Below are positions 52,280 to 64,000 of a stretch of DNA of 64,000 nt, one piece after another. The stretch comes from Nymphaea colorata. Lineage: Eukaryota. A program made the position numbers and the translations under genes. The notes below the pieces were generated by a model, which saw nothing but the letters and a program-made list of their open reading frames with translations, did not search any database and had not been told where the DNA came from. The stretch is taken from assembly GCF_008831285.2 (NCBI RefSeq), contig NC_045138.2:13578001-13642000 (forward strand), written 5' to 3'. Numbering within the stretch: the first letter of the stretch is position 1; every line of letters begins with the position of its first letter.

Positions 52280-55200
52280 CTAGAAGAGTTCGAATTCCGA
52301 AGGCTCTCCTGTTGCCTTCAACTCCATAGACTTCTGTTTACCCTTCTTCTGCAAGGCCACAGTAGGAAGGGCGACTTGGGTGGCCTTCGACATCTCGGGA
52401 GGAGTGGAGCACCGGATCAATGCCCAATTCAAACCTTCGAAAAATGGATGGCTCTTGATCTCTGCCGCCCCACGGTCATACCCCAACCGGTTCTCAGGTT
52501 CCTTTGACAGCAGCCCTCTGATCAGGTCTCTCGCATGGGAGCTAATATTTGGATTTTCCGGGAACTTCAGGTTCTGGGCAACAGCATTTGCTAATGTCTC
52601 CTGGTTGCCTGCTCCTTTGAAGGGTGTCCTCCCGTAGAGAAGCTCGTAGAGAAAGACCCCAAATGTCCACCAATCGACTGCACTGCCATGGCCGTCTCCT
52701 CTGATAATTTCTGGTGCGAGGTACTCATGGGTTCCCACAAATGAGTTTGATCTTGCAGTCGTCGGCTCTACCACGAGTTGGGGAAAAGGGCCAGCATGGA
52801 CTGAGGGATCAGCTTTTGTTCTCCGTGATTTGGCCGCCACGGGCATCAACTTAGGTGTGAAACATGGAACCTGGACCCAAGCTGGCTCCAGACAGAGTGG
52901 ATCGATGCATCTGGGCTCAGAACCAGATTCAGAAAGCCTGGCGCCCTCTAACTTCACGGACGACATGTCGAGGAGAGTCGGTTTTACTGCACATCGCAGG
53001 GACAGATCAAAATCGGATAGCATAATGTGCCCATCTTCTCTGACTAGAATATTTTCAGGCTTCAGGTCTCGATATATCACACCCAGCATGTGCAAGTACT
53101 CCAATGCAAGAAGGATTTCGGCTGCATAGAACCTGAAAACACGATCATATAGCATAGGTGAAACATATCATATAACATACTGAAGCAAATTGTGCAAGAC
53201 CGAGTGGACCAGTAGATGCAAAGTAAAGATTTACAAGTACTGGCCTATGAATTATGCACCATGGTACCTACATTACTGCATTGAAATTATCAGCCGCAAA
53301 AAGACCAAGGAACACTTCTCTTCTCCTACAGGCCTACTCTCTCTCTCTCTCCCCTACAGAATTTCTTTACACACACACACATATATATATAATTATTTTT
53401 CCACTAACGGTGCCTACATTTTCAAGAGGGGCATGAATGACATTGGGTCCACTACGGGCTGACAAATGGTTTAGAAGGAGACCTCGTAAGTGTTAAAAGT
53501 AGCATACAAAGCGGAAGACATAAGCGCACTTAGCAGAGATGGATTCACAAATATAATTCAGTGCCAATGGAAGAAAAGAGAGATTAAAAAACATATATAA
53601 TCCAAGTTGTAGTTATGCAGATTGCAGATGATAAAAAGAAAAGACAGGCCAGGTGTTCCTGTTGACAAACAAAAGCTAAATGGTGGATAAAATACTTGGT
53701 GATAGTAAATATACTGCATCAACTGCATGCAGCATGATATTTTCAAACAATTAACATTCCATAAGCAACTGGACGCCAGTCGTAAGACCATTACAAGACA
53801 GGCTAGAGAAGATTGCCCTGCAGAAATTTAGATGTATGTGGTACGAGAAAGTGGAAATAACGAGTAAGAAACAAAGCAAGTTGCTTATAGAAATGAAGCA
53901 ACTACTAACGATCCAATGATACACAAAATGTATTGCTCCTCACTCAAGTTTACCATTCCCCAAATAAGAATTTGACCAAATTTCTATACGAAGAAACTTT
54001 ATGCACAATTTCTACCTTGCTGCCGACTCTGAGAAACTTTTGCCTGGCTGCTTCTGCCGAAGCACATGAAGATCTCCACCAGGACAGTACTCCATCACCA
54101 AGCATAGAAGCCTGTCGGTGGCAAAATGAGCATAAAGTGTAGGAAGAAATGGATGATCCAGCATATGAAGAATCTCCCTTTCAGTCTGTGCCCTCAGCAT
54201 TTTCTTTCTGCTCACCAAGAATTCAATGTCCATAACCTTCAAAGCAAATTGGCAACTGGTACCGACGAGTTCTGCAAGGTACACACTACCAATATCTCCA
54301 CAACCAAGCCTCCTAATCAGCTTGAAATGCCTCAGTGAAAGAAGTCCGTCATGCATCTCTACATGGCGGATAGCTACCCATCTTGAATCTTTTGACATAT
54401 GAGGCCTATTACCATGACAGCTCGTAATACTGCAACTGCTCTCATCACTGATGCCACTGCTGCTACTATACTCACCAATACTGCTCAGGGAGCTCTGAGA
54501 ACACTCTCCCTTTTCTCTAGAGCTTTCAATTTTTCTGAAAATACCATTTTGATATGTGTTACCAACATTCATAGACTTGTAAGGCTCGACCAAATTGTTC
54601 ATGAGGATGGGGGGATCAACTCCAGTAAGACCATTTGAAGAGCCAGCTGCAGCAGATTTGGCCTCAATACCAACAATCTGTTCTTCAGAACCATCAGTTG
54701 CCACGCTTGGTTTGTCTGCAACTGTAGCCATGAGAGTGTCTTCACCATTATCATCTAAGGCAAGGGGATTTTTTGGTGCACAACCTGGGTGCAGATTTTC
54801 TTTCTTGATATTATGCTTCTCAGTCCTGTGAACAATCTTTTTCATACCATGGTTCACTTTAGAAGTATCGGTTTCAGAACCAGGAGTGGGACTGCCAAGT
54901 GAAGAAGATACCGAAACCAGCTTTCGATGGTGGAGCAAGTTAGGCCCGGATCGCCTGGGCCAAGGTTGAACTGTCATTTTTGAATCTCCATCCTCCTTGG
55001 CTTTTGTTTTAATTGGTTTTAATGATGCATCAAGTGCAATACCATTTGTAGACTCACATTTATGTACAGTGGAAGACCACCTAAGTTCCCTTGTAGATCC
55101 AGTGTCTGGAACAAGGCTGATCTCTTCTGAACAGCTTTTGTCCGATGTCTTGTCCGTATTGCACATTTTGAAGGCATCTATGGTACCATAGCCCTGAACA

Positions 55201-55706
55201 GTATTTGCTACTATAGAATTTCCAGCCTTTATAGACTCACCTGCCTGAATAACAAGTTTACCATGTGACCTCTTAGGGGTGGAAGTATCAGATAGATTAG
55301 ATATTCCATCGGATCTTAGCCTCCTTTTCATAGAGGCCATCTCTGAAGCCTGAGAAATGCATAACCCTCTCAATGCCTGCTTCAAAGTAACTGATTCAGA
55401 AGTACTAACTCCTGATGTACGTGACAGTCCACCTCTGATTGGTCTTTTTGAGGGATTTTTCCATGGAGGACCAGCTGCGGACTGTTGACAATGGCCAAAT
55501 TCCTTTGATAAATTTTCAAAATCCAAAGCTTCAAATAGTTGATTAATTTTGCTTTCAACTGCATAGTCTCGCGATATGATTGACATCAACTGTTTTCCAG
55601 CCTTGTTTCCAGGCTTTGAGATGCAGCATTCTGAGCTAGTTTTTTTAGAAGCATGAACAGCGCTCACCAATTCTTCAATTTCAGAGATATCAGAGACTGA
55701 ACCCAT
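52280..55706 (-). CDS. KIPK: AGC VIIIa (AGC1) Ser/Thr protein kinase, KIPK / KIPK-like, ~847 aa
   Basis: Exons 55706-54016 and 53132-52280, joined at the conserved AAR/FYAAE intron. [18 protein letters not shown]-specific DFD in place of DFG, Cys-containing activation-loop insert, [15 protein letters not shown]-terminal FxxF PIF motif (EFELF*); long N-terminus with [26 protein letters not shown] typical of the KIPK clade. Confidence 0.9.
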
Positions 55707-57490
55707 CTCCTATATTTCGTGCACGAGCAGTGCTACTCTAGTTCAAGTCTGCAAGAAGAACAGGCTGAACAAGAAACAGCAGCATTGCTTGAAACTAGCC
55801 TATCTCCAAAGCATCCCCTTGCAAGTAAATCATGTCGACAAATTCAGCTATATGGTGGGATTTCTCTTTGGATTCCATGGTCTCTGCGAGCACATAAAAA
55901 AGGAACTTTCATAGGTCTGGATGGGGCACAGCAGCACCATTAACAGCAAAATCTATCAGCAAATTCTTGCCATTGGTAATTATTCACATTAAAATAGAAA
56001 AGAGTAACTTGCTTCTATAAAGAAAAAGAACAGAGAGGAAATGAATGAGTCCAAATAACAAGCATTTAAACCTGAAAATCACCACTTAGATTAGGCATTT
56101 ACTCAATCTAAGCCAAATTAACCAATAGAGAAAAAGAAATAGCAAAACAAAAAAGGGGGAAGAATTCACTACCCAGTTCCATACACAATACTAGATTTAC
56201 TGGATGTGAGAAATTCATTGCAGCCACCGGATAGTCATTGATTTTTCCCAATCAAATACGTAATCATCTGATCGTTCAATTTAACATATATGTTAAACTT
56301 AATAAACTTATGCATCAAAACGAAAATTTCTCAATCGCTGGTTACTAATCTCCAAAGTTGGGGATCCATAAAAGATATGAACAATAAAAATATCAAAACT
56401 AATTCAATTGTTAATTTTTCAGACGTTTGGCGTGCTTCTATACAATCTAAACCCTTATCCTAACAAAAACTTCAACTGCATAAAGGAACCTAGCTTGGGA
56501 AACGGTCTCCAAATCAACCTTCTTCATCTCAAAAGAAAAGCAAAGAGAAATGGTCCAAAACATGCGGACTTTTTCAATTCAATGTGTTCATGCCAATCTA
56601 ACCGAATTTCTAGAGGGTTCCCCTGAAAGGCGTTCGTGTGTATCTATCCACATAATACATTCAATATAAGAAAGAAAAATATCACAATTTGTAATGGTTA
56701 TTTGCCCCTCAATTTTGAAAAATTTCAAGCAGAAAAGGGAAAAAGGAAAGAAACAAGAAAAACAGCAAAGGAACAAAAAAAACTCAATCCTCATAGAAAA
56801 AATGCATAAGTGGTTCCGATAAAGTTCAAACCATTAGGCTCCTTTGCAGCACGAACCTCAACCTTCACCACATAATACAGAAGACTAAAGCCATCAAACA
56901 AGAGAAAATGCAGCACAAATTCATGCATAAGAAGCCTTTAGGTTCCCCGAAAATATGAAATTCAGATGATACACCAGAATCATTCATCACAATGTCGTTA
57001 ATGCTAACACAAGAAATCGAATCAATTAATCCAAATAAAAAAAGGGAAAAGAAAACGTACAAGTATAACCAGAATACTTGTCGATAATCGTCACAGCCAC
57101 AAGTTCAAATTAATAGATAAACATGCACAACTACTTCCCAGAGAAAAAGAAAGGCAAGGCAACAAAGCACATAAACTTCACAAAGAAGACCAAACGACAA
57201 CCTTCGACTTCACTCCTACGGTACAAGCAATTCAACTACACAGCAAGTCTGACTGCGATCCTCTGTTCTACCTAAACCTAGATCCGGAAGACACTCCACC
57301 AGGGAAAAAAAAAAAAAAGGAAAAAAGAACCAAAGAAAGAAACCACACCAATATCCCCAAAAGGTCCCGACTAAGAACACGGGACATCTCAAAAATGGCT
57401 ACGGTACGCTATTCCAAACGCCGACGAACTGAAATAACATAAAGAAAAATCAAAAGACAGCGAACAGAAATTGGAAGCAACAAAATGTAC

Positions 57491-57790
57491 CTCCCAAGAA
57501 ACCCTACCTCAACTCCACTGCTCCGGTCAATGACGACAAACGATCATCACCGGCCGGTAGGAAAACACAGGGAAAGAAACCAGCTGTTTGAAGAAGACGA
57601 GAGGAAAGGGGGTTTTATGAAGAATGCAGGAGAAGAGAAGGGGGGAGGTAGAGAGAGAGAGAGAGTGAAGGAGGAGGAGGAGGAGAGAAATAAATGAGGG
57701 GAGGGGAGGGGAGAGGTGGAAATGCCGTCACGAGAAGCGAACTCCTCTTTCCTTCCTCCTTTATCGCTCTCTCACTCCCTTTTCTTTTCG
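57491..57790 (-). promoter_or_regulatory. Probable non-coding first exon / TSS region of the KIPK-like gene (5'UTR intron of ~1.4-1.75 kb)
   Basis: Minus-strand donor GGAG|GTACAT at 57490, long CT-rich leader on the minus strand, candidate acceptors near 56072 and 55749 upstream of ATG 55706. Confidence 0.4.
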
Positions 57791-60700
57791 CTTCCGCAGA
57801 AGCAGAAATCTCTCCGTATTAACTCTCAGGCGTCCCCTTCTAAAGCGTCGCCGCTTTCCCTCCGTCACGGCCACAGTGTGGACGCCGGAGCCTGAGAACG
57901 GATTGGACCAAAACACCCTTGGAGAATCCAGAAGGTCACGAACGCATCGCTTCTCATTCCGTTCCCGCCTCCCCTTCCCAGAACGGGGAGCGGCCGCCGA
58001 GACCCTCCCGTCTCGGTTTCTTCCTTTTTTTTTAAATTGGACGGAGAAGGACCTCACCTCGTTGGACTTCTGCTGCTCATATTGCCGACAGACATGTAGC
58101 GGGGTAAAGGAATTCAGATATTTTGGAAGGTTTCCACGGACATGCTCATGAAATCTTCGTGATGTAGTAAGTTTTTAAAACAGCATCCCAAGCATTAACA
58201 TAGTTTACATTATCATCTGAAATTCCTTTTCTTATGGTTGCCAAATTAAAATAATTTTATCTATAGAAATGACTTTTTTTTTTTTTTTGTATCTAATCAC
58301 CACAATATCAATATGTTTTTTATTATTATATATGGTAGGAATTAAATTTGAAGCAATCTTCTTATAGGCTTAGGCAGTGAGCTTCATGTCATGTCATGTG
58401 GCTAGATAAATATACTGCCATCCATGTACAAAAGGAATCCAAGCATCATTTTTCAAAATTTGAAGTCCAACTGAATCTCCCTCCTCTTGATAAATATACT
58501 TGTATTCTGCAGCAATGAAACAAAAACTATCACGACAAAATTTCTATTCGGCGTCATATTTACAGTTTGAAACTAAACCTAACTTCCTGTAGCAAAGCCA
58601 GAAATATTTGAATGAATGAGAGGCATTGACACTTTCAATTGCAATTTTTAAAGGGCAGATAGGTGTTACTGCTGACTCCCCTCTTCTCTTCCTCCTCTCA
58701 AAATAACCACTTTCTAGTGTCTCTTTGAAAATTTTGGAGCTACATATATCTATGCTTGCAGAACTGTGAAAGGAAAAACAAAAGAAACATGAACTTTCTT
58801 TTTCTTTTTCTTTTTTCAGGTGATCTTTCGAAGAAGAATGGACGAGGAGCTGTTCGTCCCTCGTTTCCTTCTTCTTTCTCATAGTGTTCCCGTCCGTCTC
58901 TGCGAGCCCCACATGCTTTCTTAAAAGCAGATTCTTCCAAGAATCCGATAACTCGGTCCAGATGCCGTAGTGTTGAACACTTTTTCATGTTGTTAAAGCG
59001 TAATTTAGTGAAGAAAATGCTCTGGTTCTCCCGCCGTCTCGACGGCCGCCGTAAAAAACAGAGAGAAGAGACCGGGAGTCGAGAAGGGCTAGGTCAGCAA
59101 ATTCCATCCGCCGTCCCGTGTCTTGGAGTTATGAGGACGAGTGATTTTTTGTTGGTTGTTGTTGGAAATGCCAGAATCGCCACTTTCATTTGAATCTAGC
59201 TACTTTTTCATGAAAATGATTATTTTTCTTCTCTCCCCAACGTGTGTTCTTCAAGCAAAAAATCTCTATAGTGTTTTGATTTCTATTCTTTTTTTTTTTT
59301 TTTGTGGAGAAAGGATTTATGAAGGCAACAAAAAAACATGGGGTCCCTAAATATTGAGATGTATTTGGTGTTAAATTTGTAAGTTGTGTTAGGATGGTGC
59401 AAACAACGTTTTGTGAAATTTAAGTTTTGTGATAACCTAGCTTTTTAACTAACTTTTACAACAGCGTTTGCATGTTAGGGTACCACTCCAATTTTACAGG
59501 ATGCCTGCGAAGAGACACATATTTATTTGGGTAATAAGAAAAAAGACTATATTCTTGTGAATAAACTAGAAATCAGTTTAGATTGTTAACACCGATTCTA
59601 TGTTAAAGATTGAGACAAATTCATCAAAACCACAGCCTCAGTAGTGTTCCATTAATTTATGAATGTACCCTGAACCCAATGTTCCATCAACCTTTGGAAC
59701 AAAGTCATGAATCTAATGTTGCATTCATGTTATTTCCTTGCACACATTATTTTCCTTACAAACAGCAAAAAATAAAAAAAGAAGGCGATTCCCAGCATTA
59801 GCAACTCATTTTCATGAGAAAATAGAGTCTCAGCTCTCTCCATATGATTGCATTTCCTAAATGAAGTTCAACAACACTAGGTATGGTTTTTCTCGTTGTT
59901 TTGGACGCCAATTAATGGGATCACGTGAACTGCTGCTGCAACCGGTGGATGATCTCAACTAGCCACACCCGTAGAACATGGGAGCTGCGTTGCGTAGGGT
60001 TTTGAGACCCAAAATCCGACTAAGTTCCCAAAATATATCCAGAGGCAATTTCTTTTTTCACGTGCAACTTGCTGCCCCGTCCTAACTACTAAATGGTTGG
60101 CTCAGGCTGGCTGCGTTTTATAACACGTAGCTACGCTCGATGGCCTCAACTATATAATGTTGAGATTTTCTATGGTACCTCAATGTATCTCATAAAACGC
60201 TTGAGGCTAGAGATAACAACCACACCTCTTGCATAGTTAGACTAATTTGTATACACTTAGCCTTATCTATATGATCTTAAGTGGTTTGATAAGAAATATA
60301 GATTAAGAAAATCAATTTTCAAGTTAAATGTGTTTTTTGAACGTTAAAATGTGCAAGGCTCTTATATATCAACAAAGTTTGTTAGTTCAAAAATCAACAT
60401 CAAAGCAACTTTAATTAAAACACTCGTTACCCTAAATTATTATTATTATATATCTTGTTTAAAATATTTTCTAAATAGCCTGGTTTTTGTTGTTAACTTA
60501 AGTGGTTTTGCGTGGCAAAGTACAAAGATAGAACAGCTAACAAACAAAATACACAAAAAGGACAAAAAAATTTCGGTCTTTATAAATGGAAATTCAAATA
60601 TGATATGTTGGATGCAGAATGACGATCACTAAAAAATGGTTACCACAAGAGCATTACCAATAGTGCATGTTATAACATCACGATCAAACAACTGGCTGCA

Positions 60701-62817
60701 TGGTATGCATATTTTATGACAGTTTTTAGTTCTTTTTTTTTGTTAAAAAAAAAAAAAAGCCCGTCTAATCTAACCATAAAGGTATCTCGTTATCAAAAGT
60801 GTCATAACATAAATATTTAGTTATTTGTTTTGAAAAATACACTATGTTAAAAGATATCATTGACGGTGAAGTAGATTATGGTTCAACATCATGATCGCCA
60901 ATGGAAGCTGCAGTCGTTTTCGACTTTACTCTCACTGCCATTAATCATAATGAGGAGGCCCTTCGATTCCATGATTATACGATCAGTACTTTTCATGCAC
61001 TCATTTCGTGATTTCTTGTTTGATTCTACACGCAAGTAACCTGCAAGGAACTTTAAGAGAATCGTGGTCGTCCTATTTATCTTCACTACCAGTGTGTGGA
61101 ATCCTAGTGTAGAACAAGTTCAGTTTGTCGTCCTTTCGTTTTCCAATCTTTATGTTATAGACCTACCTACCAGATTATGCTAAGAGATGCGTCCTCCATA
61201 TTAAACTCCCCACTTCCTTCAATCATGGGTGTCTCAAATGCAAACTCCCCAATAAGTCAGTAGAAGTTCATGTTGGGCTGGCAGTTTTTACCTTTCTGTT
61301 GAAAATTCAATGATGCAATTTCCTTCTTTTAATAGCGACGATACGCATAGAAAACAGTGTTAGTATTCTTGAATCAGTGAATCGACAACTGAAACTTAAA
61401 ACTATTAAAGAAGCGACACTTGCTCAATAAATTCCTTAAGCTTTTTATGCCCTTAAAAGTTTTACAGAATTATTGCATTAATATGTTGAATAAACTTCAA
61501 ATTTAACTCATTGATTCACATTAATAGGACAACCAGCACCATTTTCAGGCGAAAATGGGGAGAACAAAATTCATAACGTGGAAGAGGTCACATGAAATGA
61601 TTCAGATAGAGCGCAAGGGATGTGCAGTGAGAACGTTTAAGATTTTCAAACTTCCTTTAATTTTTTCTGAACTCGTTTTTGAAAAGTTTGCATTAAAAGC
61701 AAGAAAAATGAACAGAATAATACTTTAATCGTGGATGATAGTATCCGCGGACATGGCCCCATTTGCCGTGCATCTCGATGCGATCTGGAACCTGATACCG
61801 ACAATCACAAGACAACTTTGCAGGTTGACAACCAAAAGCCTTTTACAAATCCTTCAGTCGTAAAAATATGGGATCAAATTTTATAGGAAGCTTGCTTTAG
61901 TCAACAAACAAGAAGCGAAGCGAATTGTTTCTTTCGTTGGTATTTGCAGAATGCATATATAACTGATTTTATTTATTTCAGTCTATATACAAATGTTTTC
62001 AAGTGCATTAAGTAGTATTCGACAATATATGGCAGAAATTTTCCTCTAGCTAAGGCCAGTTTCTTCTTGGCGTGATTTCATTTATCCCTCTTTAATGCTC
62101 CAGACTGTCTTGCTATCCAGTTTAATGTGAATGTTGTAATAAATGATCCTATGAAGTAAATATGCCAAATCCATGAACATGCTATTCTAATTAAAGAAAA
62201 TGCAATAAAGTGGCTATGCTCTCAGAATATTAGTACGTAGGATGGATGCTACTCTGGCTGAGCCTTGAATTTTGTACTAATGGTTTAAAAGACATCATGG
62301 TTAAAAGATCAGAGCCAGCAGGTCTCTCACACCAAAGTGACAGTTCCTTTTCTCTACAAAGGCAAGATAAAAGTTTTGACTGAATGACAAGAACACACTT
62401 AAGTTTTGATTTCTTTCATTTAGGATCTCATGTTTCTCACCTAATCAAAGCAGTTAAATGAGGAAATTAATATTAAGATTGTTTTTTTTTTTATTTAATC
62501 AAAACTTGAGCTGCTTTTGGGGAAAATATTCCTTTCATAGACAATAGTAGTTTGTGTGTGTGTGTGTGTATATATATATATTCTTCTGCTGCTATTAGTA
62601 TGACGTTATAAATGCTCCGCCACATTAAAACTGTGGCGCCTTTGTCAACCGGAGCACAAACGAAGAGTAGTTCAATTTAAGGAGATTCTGACAATCTATA
62701 GGGCCGCAAGGACCGGTCCATCTGCAATAGTTACCTGCCTCAATTGCAGCGGAAAAGGAAAGTAGATTTCCATCTTTTTCGTGTTTGGTTTCGGTCTAGA
62801 TCAAGTTGTTCGGCGGA

Positions 62818-62881
62818 TTTCCAGGTTTCCTACGTGTTTCAGGATAGCAGAATCTTGAAATACGTAGTTGAAACCTGGAGA
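62818..62881 (+). other. Intergenic inverted repeat / stem-loop (26-28 bp stem, 6-nt loop); possible small-RNA precursor or MITE remnant
   Basis: 62820-62845 pairs with 62852-62879, with only G:U wobbles and one 2-nt bulge. Confidence 0.6.
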
Positions 62882-64000
62882 AAAGTTTTGATAATTATTT
62901 TTGGCATTAGAGGACGCTGTTCACTTAATGGGGGTTGTCTCATCTTGATAACTGAGATAAGCTGCGGCTGCGGATCACAACGTCGATAAATTGATTTTGC
63001 ATCTAAGTAGTTTTACGTTCCTATTTGCACATTGAAAGTCATGCGACTAACATTCTAAATTAAACATTTCGTTGATGGAGGCAAAATTCTGGTATCACAC
63101 TTTTGTCTCACAAGATGAATCTTTTGAATTTTTATTTCAAAATTGCGTAAGTACCTGAAGGAAAATTGGTACATGAGCTTGTTGATCAGCTTATTTATCA
63201 AGCTTGGTTGAGTTTCCTTGCTTAATCAAGTTGGGCTCTGTAAGTTGGTGCCCAGGATGCAACTTCATGAAACAAATTTTTAACAAAACGAGTATTCACA
63301 AGAGCAATCTTTTTATGTTTCATATTCCAAACGCAACCTAAACTATGTTGGGAAATTTGAACTATGCATGATCTTCTGCTTTGATAATTTTCTTTTGAAT
63401 AAAATCAGTGATATAAGAATCGGATCGCCAAACTGCCGATTCGTTAAATGATTTAATTACTGAACAAGCAGCAACATTATTATGTATATATGTAAAATTT
63501 TTAGACGATCAATTAGTTGATCGAAAACAAGAAAAAGTCTTTGGAAGCATTTAAAAAAATAAAAAAATGTACGAGATATAGCAAACACAGTTGTATCTCC
63601 AACGATCGAATCGAATCGAATCAATTTCATTTGATGAAGCAGCCAATTCCGCAGATTTTTTCCGCGCTCTGCTCGGGCGAAGGTTCAAGACCGGCAGTAG
63701 TTTAGTTCTTCCTCTTGAGATGGTCAATGATAATTCTTGATTCATGGTTCCCATGGAAGATGCCGCAAACATTTCAAGTCTACGTCTACTTACAGGTTTC
63801 TAATAAAAACATCAGAATCTCAATATTTCATAAAGTTGGCAAAGTTCTTCGACTCCCTGAATTCATGAAACTGGTTAAGTTTTTCCAACTTTCAAACAGG
63901 AATTGAGGACAAATCTTGGTATCCGACGAGCACAGCCGAATCATAAATTCAGATTGAAACTACCAGCAGTTTGATTGGACTAGATTGGATGCAATTCCAT

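Noticed and set aside
58200..62700. Small ORFs in the distal intergenic region
   Set aside because: Low-complexity or AT-rich translations with no domain or exon structure; likely intergenic or decayed TE sequence.

Overview
Eukaryotic (flowering-plant) nuclear DNA, AT-rich and intron-rich, containing six spliced protein-coding genes that I reconstructed by hand from GT-AG junctions and reading-frame continuity. In order: (1) the 5' half of a full-size ABCG/PDR transporter (minus strand, runs off the window start); (2) an Enhancer-of-Polycomb-related (EPCR2-like, EPL1-domain) gene (minus); (3) the BTB/POZ-BACK-LRR gene FBL11 (minus, 19 exons); (4) histone deacetylase HDA9 (plus, 14 exons), head-to-head with FBL11 across 586 bp; (5) a plastid-type alkaline/neutral invertase (plus, 6 exons); (6) a KIPK-like AGC1 kinase (minus, 2 coding exons). 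Introns and intergenic DNA carry decayed MITE-like and LTR-like fragments, microsatellites and many short tandem duplications. I found no rRNA, tRNA, CRISPR array or intact transposase/RT ORF, and I cannot demonstrate a new biological system. The best leads are the EPCR2/FBL11/HDA9 neighbourhood with its short divergent promoter, a ~34-bp element repeated in two HDA9 introns that looks like a stop-introducing cryptic acceptor, and an orphan 26-bp stem-loop near 62.8 kb. Homology calls rest on recognised motifs and recalled family knowledge, not on database searches.
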